A stretch of DNA of 64,000 nt from the human T2T-CHM13v2.0 reference genome, Homo sapiens: the NCBI RefSeq assembly GCF_009914755.1, contig NC_060936.1; one strand, 5' to 3'. Made by a program: the position numbers and the translations under genes. The notes beneath the pieces are model-generated. The model saw only the letters and a list, made by a program, of their open reading frames with translations, was not told the origin of the DNA and did not search any database. Below, piece by piece: positions 28,401 through 40,689 of the stretch (the first letter of the stretch is position 1; every line of letters begins with the position of its first letter).

Positions 28401-28789
28401 GCTTCTCCTTTTTTCTCGGGTCTCAACTTAAGCACTTCCTTTCCTGGGACCATTTCCCTCATCATTCTGAGAACATCCCACCTCAGCTCCTTTTTGAGTC
28501 ATTATCCATCGTTATCGTCTTCACAGAACTATTGTCCATCTGAAATAATCTCAGTTGTGTTTATTTTTTTAATTTACTTATGCATCTATTAGCTGAGGTC
28601 CCCGTTAGACTATCAGCATCATGAGAACAAAGAACAGGCCAGAGAAGGCACCCCTGGATTTTTAGCACCCAGGACAGTGCCTGTGGTGTTGTCGAATGAT
28701 CTTGCCTTTAGAGGCTAGATCCAACAGTTAATTCATGGATCAAGGGTATAGGCTGATACCGTGTTTAGGAAGCGATAAAATGCTATTTT

Positions 28790-29460
28790 AATACATGTGA
28801 TGGCATAAGCCTAGGGGGGTGACCACCAGTGACTCCTGCCTCCTTTTCATGCCTATACATAATATTATCCCTGAGTGGGTGTGGGGCTTGGGAGTTATTA
28901 ATTGCTCTAACTAATATAATATGGCAAAGATGATGGGTTACTACTTTTATGATATCACACACACACATATGTCACTTATGTACAGAGAAATCTATATTTA
29001 TATCTATCCATCTCTATAATGCATATGAGCATGTCATTATATATTACATATGTAAAGTTATATGATCATACACACACACACGTATATACATAAGCAGATC
29101 CACTCCCTGCTGGTCTTGAGGAAGCATGCTGCTATGTTTGCTGTATTGTGAACTGCCTATAGAGGAAGCCACGTGATGGGGAACTGTCGGCATCCTCTAG
29201 GAGCTGAGAGCCTCAGTCCTGCGATCACGGGAACAAAGTTCTGCCTACAGCCATATGAGCGTGGAGGGTCACCTTGAGCCTCAAATGAAAATGCAGTCCT
29301 GCAACTTTGACTGCAATCCAGCAAGATCCTGAGCTGAGGATCCAGTTAATCCAGACCCAGACTCCTGACCAACAGAAACGCTGAGATGTTAAAGTGTGTG
29401 TTGCTTTGAGGCATTCATTGTTTGGTAACTTTTTGTGAAGCAACAGATGACCATTACAAC
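28790..29460 (+). mobile_element. MLT1 (E/F-like) LTR with internal microsatellite
   Basis: tatccctgagtgggtgtggg…aggaagccacgtg…aggagctgagagcctcagtcct…ttgttgctttgag…agcaacagatgaccattaca. Confidence 0.65.
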
Positions 29461-29553
29461 TTGTATCTCTTCGTTTAGAAGTTTCTTGTTAACTCTAAGG
29501 TCAGAATCCCTCATCCCCATCCTTCTTTTTATGACATTTATGTGTGTGGATAC

Positions 29554-29554
<1 letters not shown>

Positions 29555-29596
<42 letters not shown>

Positions 29597-29602
29597 GATA
29601 TA
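29555..29602. repeat. (GATA)n tetranucleotide microsatellite
   Basis: Direct reading. Confidence 0.95.
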
Positions 29603-30499
29603 GAGATATTTGATCACCAATTGGAAGATTTCAAAAGGTCAGAATAATTTACTAAAACAGGTTCAATTGATGGTTCCAGTTCTCAGCAGTCTTGTGCCCC
29701 CTGCCCTTTCATTTCAGCCCGGATTTTTCCCTGCTTGCCAAGTACGTGAAATTGTGCTAATCAATCTGTAACTTTTTGGTGCTCAATAATTTATTTTAAT
29801 TATGGGCTGCTAAAGATAGCAATAAAAGAAGAAAGAAATGTATCTGAAATTATGAATGAAAATGAGTTGTTATGTTTAATGTTTTCCAATGGAAGAATCT
29901 TATTTTACGATGGCTTCATGTTTCAGAAAAAAACCAGGGGTTAAATTACATTATGTAGCATGGTTTAAAATTCAGGGTAGCAGATGAGACATTTCTCTCA
30001 TGGAACAGATTAATACAAGACCTAATAGAATTTTCTGACCCTAAAAACCACCAAGAGAAGATTTCATTTATTTCTCTTCTGTATATAAATTTTACATATT
30101 ATAAAAATTATTTCAGAAATGTTATTGCCAACAAAAAGCATAAAATATAGTATGAACTAAGATAAAATGACAGAATACCATTTGCAAATGATTAATCTAG
30201 CCTAACATTGCTTTTTAAAAAGGCCAACAACTAGGTTTCATCTTCAGAATCTGCTTTCCAATCCCAGTGAGCTTGCTCAGTTATGAATGCAACATCCAAG
30301 ACTGCTGGTTTCACCTCCAACATGTGAATCATTTTAAAGTCACCACTCCCATTCATAAAACAAGAAAGGAGCTCAACAAACTGAAAACCCACTTTTATTA
30401 TGCACATCAGAAACTGTAGGTCACAGCACAGTTACCCCCAAACCTGGAGAGACAGGGAAATATAGATAATCACAATTAATGTCCAATGTGACTACATGG

Positions 30500-31167
30500 G
30501 GCAGAAGCATCTAGAGCCATGAAGCCAGGAAGCAAGAGTAGCCACACAATGCCCAGGAAGAACAAAGTGAGGTGACCGATGCTGCTGGCGTTGTGAAGGC
30601 CCAGTCATCTAGACTGTGTGCTATTGGAGAAAGAAAAGACAAATGGGTGGATGGAACAGAAGAGGGCCTCAGCAATAGACTCTCACAAATAGAATCAACT
30701 GACTTTTGATAGAGGAACAAATGCGGGAGAAGAGTCATTTCAACAACTGGTACTGGAACAATTCTATGCACAAAAGAAAATGGTGTGGGGGCCAGAGAAA
30801 AGAATTCAGACACACACAGTACTTACCACTGTCACAAAAAATAATGTACAGTGGATCTTAGATCTAATACAAAATAGAGTACCATAAAACTTCTAAAAGT
30901 TAACATGGGAAAAAGTCTAAACAAACTTGCCTGTGATGATGAGTTTTTAGATAACATTTCAAAAGCATGATTCATAAAAAAAGATAAGTTTGACTTTATT
31001 AAAATCAAAACTTCTGCTTTCAGAAAGTTAATAGAATTTTTTAAAAGTCAAATACTGGGAGAAAATATTTGCAAAACACATCTGGTAAAGGATTTGTATG
31101 CAAACATACAGAAAGAAACTCTTACAACTCAACAAGAAACAACCAAATGAAAAAATGGCAGAGATCT
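30500..31167 (+). mobile_element. Old L1M ORF2/3' fragment
   Basis: caactgacttttgatag…tcaacaactggtactggaacaa…tactgggagaaaatatttgcaaaac…ctcttacaactcaacaa. Confidence 0.7.
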
Positions 31168-31457
31168 GGCCGGGCGTGGTGACTCACTTCTGTAATCCCA
31201 GCACATTGGGAGGCCGATGTGGGATGATCGCTTGAGCTCACAAGTTTGAGACCAGCCTGGGCAACATGGGGAAACCCTGTCTCTACAAAAATACAAAAAT
31301 TAGCCGGCCATGGTGGTTAACACTTGTAGTCCCAGTTACTCAGGAGGCTGAGGTGGGAGGATCACTTGAACCTGGGAGGCAGAGGTTGCAGTGAGTCAAG
31401 GTCATTCCACTACACTTCAACCTGGGTGACACAGCAAGACCCTGCCTCTAAAAAAAG
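31168..31457 (+). mobile_element. Alu (J/S)
   Basis: ggccgggcgtggtgactcac…aaaaaaa. Confidence 0.92.
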
Positions 31458-32484
31458 GATATATATTAAACGACAACAGCAATAGAAACTCCGTGGCAGC
31501 TCTACTAGTAGAAAAACTGAAATAATTATTTCATACAGTAATATTAAATTGATATGTATGTATGTATATATAGACATATATACATACAGACATCAATAAT
31601 ATTAAATTGATATGTATGTATGTATATATACACACATATATATACATACACACTCACACATATATATACCTTTGATGGAAAAACCATATAAATTAACATT
31701 ATGTATTTATTATATTTTATATTACATCTACAAATTTATATATATACATATATATACATATATATATCTCAAGGTACAAATTTGCTTAGAGTTCAACTTT
31801 CTTAGAAGAAAAAAAAGGCAAGTGAATGAACAAGGAAAGGGCAAGAAATCTCAGAGATGTCACCGTGCGTTCATTTGGAAAAGTTCACAGGTACACAGAG
31901 TTTCTCTTTCACAGGTTGAATATTCAAAATTAAAATGAGTACTTTATCACACGTCTTCCTAGTGGATATGCTTTTCTAGCATTAACTTTTTTTAAGATGA
32001 TTCTAGTTCACATCATCCTTCAGAAACCAAAATTAGGCATCTCCAAGAGCCAGATGCTTGTGTAATTAGAAAAGAGAGCTACCTTGACAGTGTGGGATGT
32101 GGAGACATCCCCTTTGCTCTGCAGGCGTGCAGGTGAGTCCAGCACCGTGGGCCTCCTGTCCTCTGGGTGGCTCTCTGGAAACTTCCCCCAACGCTGTGCG
32201 TCTTGTTCTGGAATAAGCTTTCTGTGAAGAATGCCTTGCCAGCCTCTTGGCTCCCTGGGGGGAGTTGCATGCCTCTCTCTTTCTCCTTGTGATTAATTTA
32301 TCACAGAGAATGCGGTTTGCTGAAGAATCCAAATTAAAAGTGTCTCTCCTGGTGTCATTAATCACATCCTGAAAGTGCGTCAGTTCCCGGGGCTGGGGCT
32401 GTCTCATAATGCCTGCTGAATTTCAGATGCTACTTTGTCTTAGTCTCCTTGGCAAAATGCGATTTTATGGACTGTGTCTGGTGA

Positions 32485-32654
32485 AGGGTTTGGTCCCAAG
32501 TAGAATTTCTTTAGGAGTAGTCTGAAGGCCTGTTCAGACTACCCACTGAGGAGCTGTTGATTTATATATTAATACCAATTCTGGGGCCCTGTTCCAGAAA
32601 ATCTGAATCAGAATCTTGGGGAAATTGAGTCCAGAAATCTGTACGATTGACCAG
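32485..32654. mobile_element. MER5A left part (continues ~44495-44540)
   Basis: attctggggccctgttccaga…tctgaatcagaatcttgggg…ccagaaatctg resumes after the MLT2A LTR as cttgccaaattattctg…tgaaggtatga. Confidence 0.55.
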
Positions 32655-33047
32655 TGTGATGGTTAATACTGAGTGTCAACTTGATTGGATTGAAGGATGC
32701 AAAGTATTGATCCTGGATGTGTCTGTGAGGGTATTGCCAAACAGGGTTAACATTAGAGTCAGTCGCCTGGGAAAGGAAAACACACCCTTAATCTGGGTGG
32801 CCACCATTCAATCAGCTGCCAGCATGGCTAGAATATAAAACAGCCAGAAAAATGTGAAAAGGCTAGACTGGCCTGGCCTCCCAGCCTGTGCTGTACGCCT
32901 CCCACCCTCAAACATCGGACTCCAAGTTCTTCAGTTTTGGCACCCAGACTGGCTCTCCTTGCTCCTCGGCTTGCAAACAGCCTATTGTGGGACCCTGGGA
33001 CTGTACAAGTTAATACTTAATCAATGTGCGTACATATATCACTTGCA

Positions 33048-34539
33048 TTATATATATATATATATAAATATATGTTATATATATTTTATAAATATATATA
33101 ATAATATATAATATATATAAATTTATATATATTATATATAGATATATATATATCTATATATAAATATATATAGATATATATATATATCTATATATATTTA
33201 TATAAATATATAAATATATATATTATATATATATATAAATTTATATATATATATAATATATTAAATTTATATATTTTTTATATATAATATATATAAATTT
33301 ATATATTTTTATATATAATATATATATAAATTTATATATATTATATAATATATATAAATTTATATATAATATATATATTTATATATAATATAATATATAT
33401 AAATTTATATATATTATATAATATATATATAAATTTATATATATTTTGTATATACATAATATATAAATTTATATATATAAATTTATATAAATAAATTTAT
33501 ATATATAAATTTATATAATATATATAAATTTATATATGTTTTTATATATATTTTATATATATAATAAATATATATATTTTTATAAAATAATATAAAATAT
33601 ATAATATATATATTATATATAATAGGATATATAATAGGATATAATTATATATTATATATGATAATGAGGATAATTATATATTATATATGATAATATATCA
33701 CATATATTATATATGATAATATATCACATATATTATATATGATAATATATCACATATATTATATATGATAATATATCACATATAATATATATGATAATAT
33801 ATCACATATAATATATATGATAATATATCACATATAATATATATGATAATATATCACATATAATATATATGATAATATATCACATATATTATATATGATA
33901 ATATATCACATATATTATATATGATAATATATATATTATATATGATAATATATCACATATATTATATATGATAATATATATATTATATATGATAATATAT
34001 CACATATATTATATATGATAATATATATATTATATATGATAATATATCATATATATTATATATGATAATATATATATTATATATGATAATATATCATATA
34101 TATTATATATGATAATATATATATTATATATGATAATATATCATATATATTATATATGATAATAGATATTATATATGATAATATATATATTATATATGAT
34201 AATAGATATTATATATGATAATATATATATTATATATGATAATATATATATTATATATGATAATATATATATTATATATGATAATATATATATTATATAT
34301 ATAATATATATATTATAAATGATAATAGATCATATATATTATAAATGATAATAGATCATATATATTATAAATGATAATAGATCATATATATTATATATGA
34401 TAATAGATCATATATATTATATATGATAATAGATCATATATATTATATATGATAATAGATCATATATATTATATATGATAATAGATCATATATATTATAT
34501 ATGATAATAGATCATATATATTATATATGATAATGATAA
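33048..34539. repeat. TA-rich tract and ~24-26-bp AT-rich minisatellite (tatatgataatatatcacatatatta / tatatgataatagatcatatatatta variants)
   Basis: Direct reading; unit variants occur in blocks from ~33671 to 34539. Confidence 0.95.
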
Positions 34540-34957
34540 TGAGGAGAGAGGCCATTTCTCTTACTATCCCCTGTCTCCAAAGAGAAGGAGGAAGTAAAAG
34601 CTGAAAAACAACAGACTGATCGACACCACTGGTCAGGCCTGTAGGTTAAAGATTAACCCCCACCCTAATAGCTTGTGCTACCTATAGATCACAGACTATG
34701 GTATGGAGAAGTACTTGCATTGCTTATCCCCACCGCTAATGTATGTGGACATAGTCACGTACCCCATGCATGCTCACTCTATCACAACCCTTTCACGTGG
34801 ACCCCTCAGGGTTGTAAGCTTTTAAAAGGGCCAGGAATTCTTTCTTCAGGGAGCTCAGTTCTTGAGATGCAAGTCTGCCAACCTCCCGGCTGAATAAAGC
34901 CCCTTCCTTCTTTAACCTGGTGTCTGAGGGGTTTTGTCTGCAGCTCATCCTGTTACA
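34540..34957 (+). promoter_or_regulatory. 5' LTR (418 bp)
   Basis: tgaggagagagg…ctgttaca; TATA-like ttttaaaa ~34820; AATAAA 34893-34898. Confidence 0.93.
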
Positions 34958-34962
34958 TTTCT

Positions 34963-34980
34963 TGGTTTCCTGACTGAGAA
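34963..34980 (+). other. Primer-binding site, tRNA-Glu type
   Basis: tggtttcctgactgagaa versus TGGTTCCCTGACCGGGAA (complement of the tRNA-Glu 3' end), 3 mismatches, directly after the LTR. Confidence 0.85.
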
Positions 34981-35442
34981 GTGAGGTGGTTGATGGACGG
35001 TCGAGGTAGTCCCTTAGGTGGCTTAAGCCTGCCCTGCAGAGCATCCCTGCGGAGGACTCTGGCTAGCTTGAGTGACGCAGATCCTAAGAGTGCTCCCGGG
35101 TAGCCATCTGCCCTGGTGGAATGCCTCGTCAGAGAGGTGCATGGCAGACCCTGCGAGGATCAACACAGTGGCTGAACACCAGGAAGGAACCAGTGTTTGG
35201 AGTCTGGACGTCTGGAATATGGTAGGACCGGTCCTGGGAACTTGCCCCCTCCATTTGAGTGGAAGCATGGCCTGATCACCCACGGTGTGCCCTTATTGAC
35301 ACTTTGGTCTCAGTTTTGATTTTGATTTGGCTTGGCTTGTTTGAAGAAAGGAGAATGAAAGTGAGTGAATACTTGTGATTGACACGAATCTCCTCTTGTG
35401 GCATGAGTGTTCTTTTCTTTCTTTTCTTGTCTTGGGAAGGAG

Positions 35443-37075
35443 ATGGGTAAAACACAGAGTAAGCCCACTCCATTAGGAACTATGTTAAAGAATTTCAAAA
35501 AAGGTTTTAATGGAGATTATGGGGTTACTATGACTCCAGGAAAACTTAGGACCTTGTGTGAGATAGATTGGCCAGCATTAGAAGTGGGTTGGCCGTCAGA
35601 AGGAAGCTTAGTCAGGTCCCTTGTTTCAAAGGTATGGCATAAGGTAACTGGTAAAGGACACCCAGACCAAGTTTCCATACATAGACACTTGGTTACAGCT
35701 GGTTTTAGACCCCTGACAGTGGTTAAGAGGACAGACAGTAGTACTAGCGGCAAAGGGACAGACAGTCAAGGAAGACTCCTGCTCCACCCGCCGAGAGGAG
35801 TTGGCTCTTAAAGTCCTGTCAGACTCAACATCAGAGGATTAAGGGCAAGAAACAGCACCAGTGGCCCGCACTGTTACCAAGAAGGAAGGCCTCCCACTCC
35901 TGAGCCCACTGCGCCCAAGCTTCCACAAGGCCTACATACCCCTAGGCCACCCAGAGTAGAAAAGAAAGGATGTGAGACCTTGGGAGAAACCCTTCCCTTG
36001 GCAGCCTGTTTGAGGCCTAGAACTGGGATACAAATGCCCCTGAGAGAGCAATGGTATACTGGGGTAGACAAGGACGGGCATATGGTGGTGCCTTCGTGTA
36101 TCAACCCTTCACCTCTGCCGATCTCTTCAACTGGAAAAACAATACCCCATCCCATCAACCCTTCACCTCTGCCGATCTCCTCAATTGGAAAAACAATACC
36201 CCATCCTATACCAAAAAGCCTCAAGCTATGATTGATTTGCTCCCAACTATTATCCAGACCCACAACCCTACTTGGGCTGATTGCCACCAGTTGCTCACGT
36301 ACCTCTCTTTAACATGGATGAAAGGTGAAGGGTTCTCCAAGCAGCAACTCAGGGGCTAGAGGAACATGTTCCAGCTGATTACCAAAACCCCCAAGAGTAT
36401 GTGAGGATCCAATAACGAGGAACAGACCTCCAGTGGGACCCAAATGAAAGACAGGTTATGCAAAGGCTAAACCGGTACAGGGAATCCCTCCTGGAAGGGT
36501 TAAAGAGGGGATCTCAGAAGGCCACAAACTTTAACAAGGTCTCTGAGGTCATTCAAGGGAAAGGTGAGAGCCCGGCACAATTCTATGAGAGACTATGTGA
36601 GGCCTATCTTATGTATACCCACTTTGACCCTGAAAGCCCTGAAAATCTGCACATGATTAACATGGCTTTAGTTAGTCAAAGTGCAGAAGACCTTAGAAGA
36701 AAACTACAGAAACAGGCTGAGTTTGCAGGCATGAAGACTTCATAGTTATTGGAGATAGCCAACCAGGTGTTTGTGAAAAGAGATGCAGTAAGCCACAGAA
36801 CCGCAGCGAGAGTGAACGCTAAGTCCGGTGAAACGCCGAACTGCTAGCCGCAGCTATTAAAGGGGTGCCCCCGAAGGGCGAGAGAAGGGGGGGGCCGGGA
36901 AAAATACCAGTCTGGCCGTCCATGCTTGCAGAGTAACCAGTGTGCTTACTGTAAGGAAATAGGACATTGGAAGGCAAGTGCCCCCAGCTGAAAGGGAAAC
37001 AGGGTGACTCTGAGCAGGAGGCCTCAGAAGGATGAAGGGGCCTTGTTCAATCTGGCAGAAGGGTTACTGGACTGA
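35443..37075 (+). pseudogene. gag: HERV-E gag (frameshifts and stops)
   Basis: MGKTQSKPTPLGTMLKNFKKGFNGDYG matrix start; MHR KVSEVIQGKGESPAQFYERLCEAY; broken CCHC knuckle (CAYCKEIGHW) ~36942; TGA 37073-37075. Confidence 0.9.
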
Positions 37076-40000
37076 GGGGGATCAGACTCATGTGCCCCAA
37101 AGAGCCCATGGTCAGGATGACAGTCGGGGGCAAGGACATTGAGTTTCTTGTTGATACTGGTGCTGAACATTCAGTAGTAACCACCCCACTCGCACCCTTA
37201 TCCAAAAAGACTATTGATATAATCGGAGCCACAGGGGTTTTGGCAAAGCAAGCTTTCTGTTTGCCCTGGACCTGCACTGTAGCGGGGCATGAGGTAATTT
37301 ACGAGTTCCTGTACATGCCTGAGTGCCCCTTGCCTTTACTGGAAGGGACCTACTTAGCAAGCTGAGAGCCACTATCTATTTTACAAAGCATGGCTCTTTA
37401 CAGCTAAATTTACCTGGAACGGGAGTCATCATGGCCCTTATGGTTCCTCTGGAAGAGGAATGGAGACTCTTCTTAACTGAGCCAGGCCAGTAGATAGGAC
37501 CAGCCCTGGCTAAGTAGTGGCCAAAGGTGTGGGCGGAAGACAACTCTCTAGGGCTGGCTGTCAACCAGGCCCCAGTACTCATAGAAGTTAAGCCTGGGTC
37601 CCAGCCAGTCAGGCAAAAGCAGTACCCAGTTCCCAGAGAAGCCCTTGAAGGCGTCCAGGTCCATCTCAAGGGCCTGAGGGCCTTTGGAATTATAGTCCCT
37701 TGTCAGTCTCCATGGAACGCTCCCCTCCTACCTGTTCCCAAGCCAGGGACCAAGGACTACAGGCTGGTACAGGGTTTCTGCATGGTCAACCAAGATACAG
37801 TGACTTTGCACCCAACAGTACCTAACCCATACATGTTGTTGGGGTTGCTGCCAGCCGAGGACAGCTGGTCCACCTGCTTGGACTTGAAAGATGCTTTCTT
37901 TAGTATCAGACTAGCCCCTGAGAGCCAAAAACTGTTTGCCTTTCAGTGGGAGGATCCGGGGTCAGGTGTCACCACTCAGTACACTTGGACCTGGCTCCGC
38001 CAAGGGTTCAAGAACTCCCTCACCATCTTTGGGGAGGCACTGGCTCAAGACCTCCAGAAGTTTCCCAGCAGAGACCTAGGCTGCGTGCTGCTCCAGTACA
38101 TCGATGACCCCCTGCTGGGACACCCCACGGCATTCGGGTGTGCCAAGGGAACAGATACCCTGCTCTGGCACCTGGAGGACTGTGGGTATAAGGTGTCCAA
38201 GAAGAAAGCTCAGATCTGCAAACAGCAAGTATGTTACCTGGGATTTACTATCTGACAGGGAGAGTGCAGCCTGGGATCAAAAAGAAAGCAAGTCATTTGC
38301 AACCTGCTGGAGCCTAAGACCAGAAGGCAGGTGAAAGAATTCTTAGGAGCTGTAGGGTTCTGCAGGTTGTGGATCCCAAACTTTGCAGTATTGGCTAAGG
38401 GCCTATACGGAGTCACAAAGCGGGGAGACAAGGAACCTTTCAAATGGGGGTCCCAACAGCAGTGAGCTTTTCATGAGTTAAAAGAAAATCTCATGTTGGT
38501 CCCAGCCCTGCGGCTACCTGACCTGACAAAACCTTTTACACTGTATGTGTCAGAGAGAGAAAAAATGGTGTTTGGAGTTTTGACCCAGACTGTGGGGCCC
38601 TGGTCGAGGCCAGTGGCCTACCACTCCAAACAACTAGACGGGGTTTCTAAGCATTGGCCTGCATCTTTAAGGACCTTGGCAGCAACAACCCAGCTAGCAC
38701 AAGAAGCGGATAAGCTAACTCTTGGGCAAAACCTAACTATAAAGGCCCCCCATACTGTGGTGACTTTAATGAATACCAAAGGACATCAATGGCTAACGAA
38801 TGCTAGACCAACTAGATACCAAAGCTTGCTCTGTGAGAATCCCCACATAACCATTGAAGTTTGCAACACCCTGAACTCTGCCACCTTGCTCCCGGTATCA
38901 GAGAGCCCAGTTGAACATAACTGTGTAGAGGTGATGGACTTAGTTTATTCTAGCAGGCCTGACATCCGAGACCATCCTTGGACATAAGTAGACTGGGAGC
39001 TGTACATGGACAGGAGCAGCTTCGTCAACCCATAAGGAGAGAGGTGTGTGGCATATGCAGCGGTAACCCTAGACACTGTCACTGAAGCCAAATCGTTACC
39101 CCAGGGCACTTCAGCCCAGAAGGCCGAACTCATTGCTTTAATTCAGGCCTTAGAGCTAAGTGAAGGTAAGACTGTAAACATTTACACTAACTCTCGGTAT
39201 GCCTTTTTAACCCTCCAAATGCATGGGGCATTATACAAGGAAAAAGGCCTGTTGAACTCTGGGGGAAAAGACATAAAGTATCAGCAAGAGATCTTGCAAT
39301 TATTAGAGGCAGTATGGGAGCCCCAAAGGGTGGCAGTCATGCACTGCAGAGGACACCAGTGAGCTTCCACTTCGATTGCCTTGGGGAACTCCCAAGCTGA
39401 CTCAGAGGCTCGAAAGGCAGCATCCACCCCGTACTGGGTGTTAGTCACAGCCCCCCTGCTCCTTCAGTCACCTGACCTTGTGCCTACTTATTCTAAAGAA
39501 GAGAAGGACTTTCTCCAGGCAGAGGGAGGACAGGTTATAAAAGAGGGATGGATCCAGTTATTGGATGGAAGAATAGCTGTGCCACAGCTGCTAGGGGCTG
39601 CAATTGTACTGGCTTGCATAAGACCACCCACCTAGGCGAAGAGTCACTTGAAAAGTTGTTAGGCTGGTACTTCTACATCTCACATCTGTCAGCCCTTGCC
39701 AAAACAGTGGCGCAGCAGTGTGTCACCTGCTGGCAGCACAATGCTAGGCAAGGTCCAAAAGTCCTGCCCAGCATACAGGCTTGTGGAGCAGCCCCCTTTG
39801 AAGATCTCCAAGTAGACTTCACCAAGACGCCCAAATGTGGAGGTAACAAGTATTTGCTAGTTCTAGCGTGTACATACTCTGGGTGGGTGGAGGCCTATCC
39901 AACACGAACTGAGAAAGCTCATGAAGTAACCCATGTGCTTCTCTGTGATCTCATTCCTAGGTTTGGACTGCCCTTACCAATTGGCTCAGACAACGGGCCG

Positions 40001-40667
40001 GCATTTGTGGCTGACTTGGTACAGAAGACAGCAATGGTATAGGGGATCACATGGAAACTACATACCACCTATCGACCACAAAGTTCTGGAAAGGTGGACC
40101 GGATGAATCGGACTATCAAAAATAGTTTAGGGAAAGTGTGTCAAGAAACAGGATTAAAGTGGGTACAAGCTCTCCCTGTGGTATTGTTTAAGATTAGATG
40201 TACCCTTTCTAAAAGAACAGGATATTCCCCTTATGAAATATTATATCATAGGCCCCCTCCCTCACTACAGGGACTCCCAGGCACTCCGCAAGAGCTAGGT
40301 GAAATTGAGTTACAGTGATAGCTACAGGCTTTAGGGAAGATAACGACAAAAAATTTCAGCCTGGGTAAGTGAGAGGTGCCCCATCAGCTTACTCTCCCCA
40401 GTTCACCCTTTCTCCCCAGGTGATCGGGTGTGGATCAAGGATTCGAACGTAGCCCCCTTGCAGCCACGGTGGAAAGGACCCCAGACCGTCGTCTTGACCA
40501 CTCCCACAGCCATAAAGGTAGAGGGAATCCCAGCCTGGATCCACCACAGCCACGTAAAACCTGCAGCACCTGAGACCTGGGAGGCGAGACCAAGCCCGTA
40601 CAACCCCTGCAAAAAAGTAACTCTGAAGAAGACGACAAGCCCTGTTCCAGTCACACCCAGAAGCTAA
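37076..40667 (+). pseudogene. pol: HERV-E pro-pol (protease, RT, RNase H, integrase; disrupted)
   Basis: FLVDTGAEHS protease; LDLKDAFF, QGFKNS and QYIDD for RT; TSAQKAELIAL for RNase H; HHCC-like region, LQVDFT and GSDNGPAF, WKGPQTV for integrase; many stops and frameshifts. Confidence 0.93.
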
Positions 40668-40689
40668 CTGGTCCACGCATGGCCAAAGC

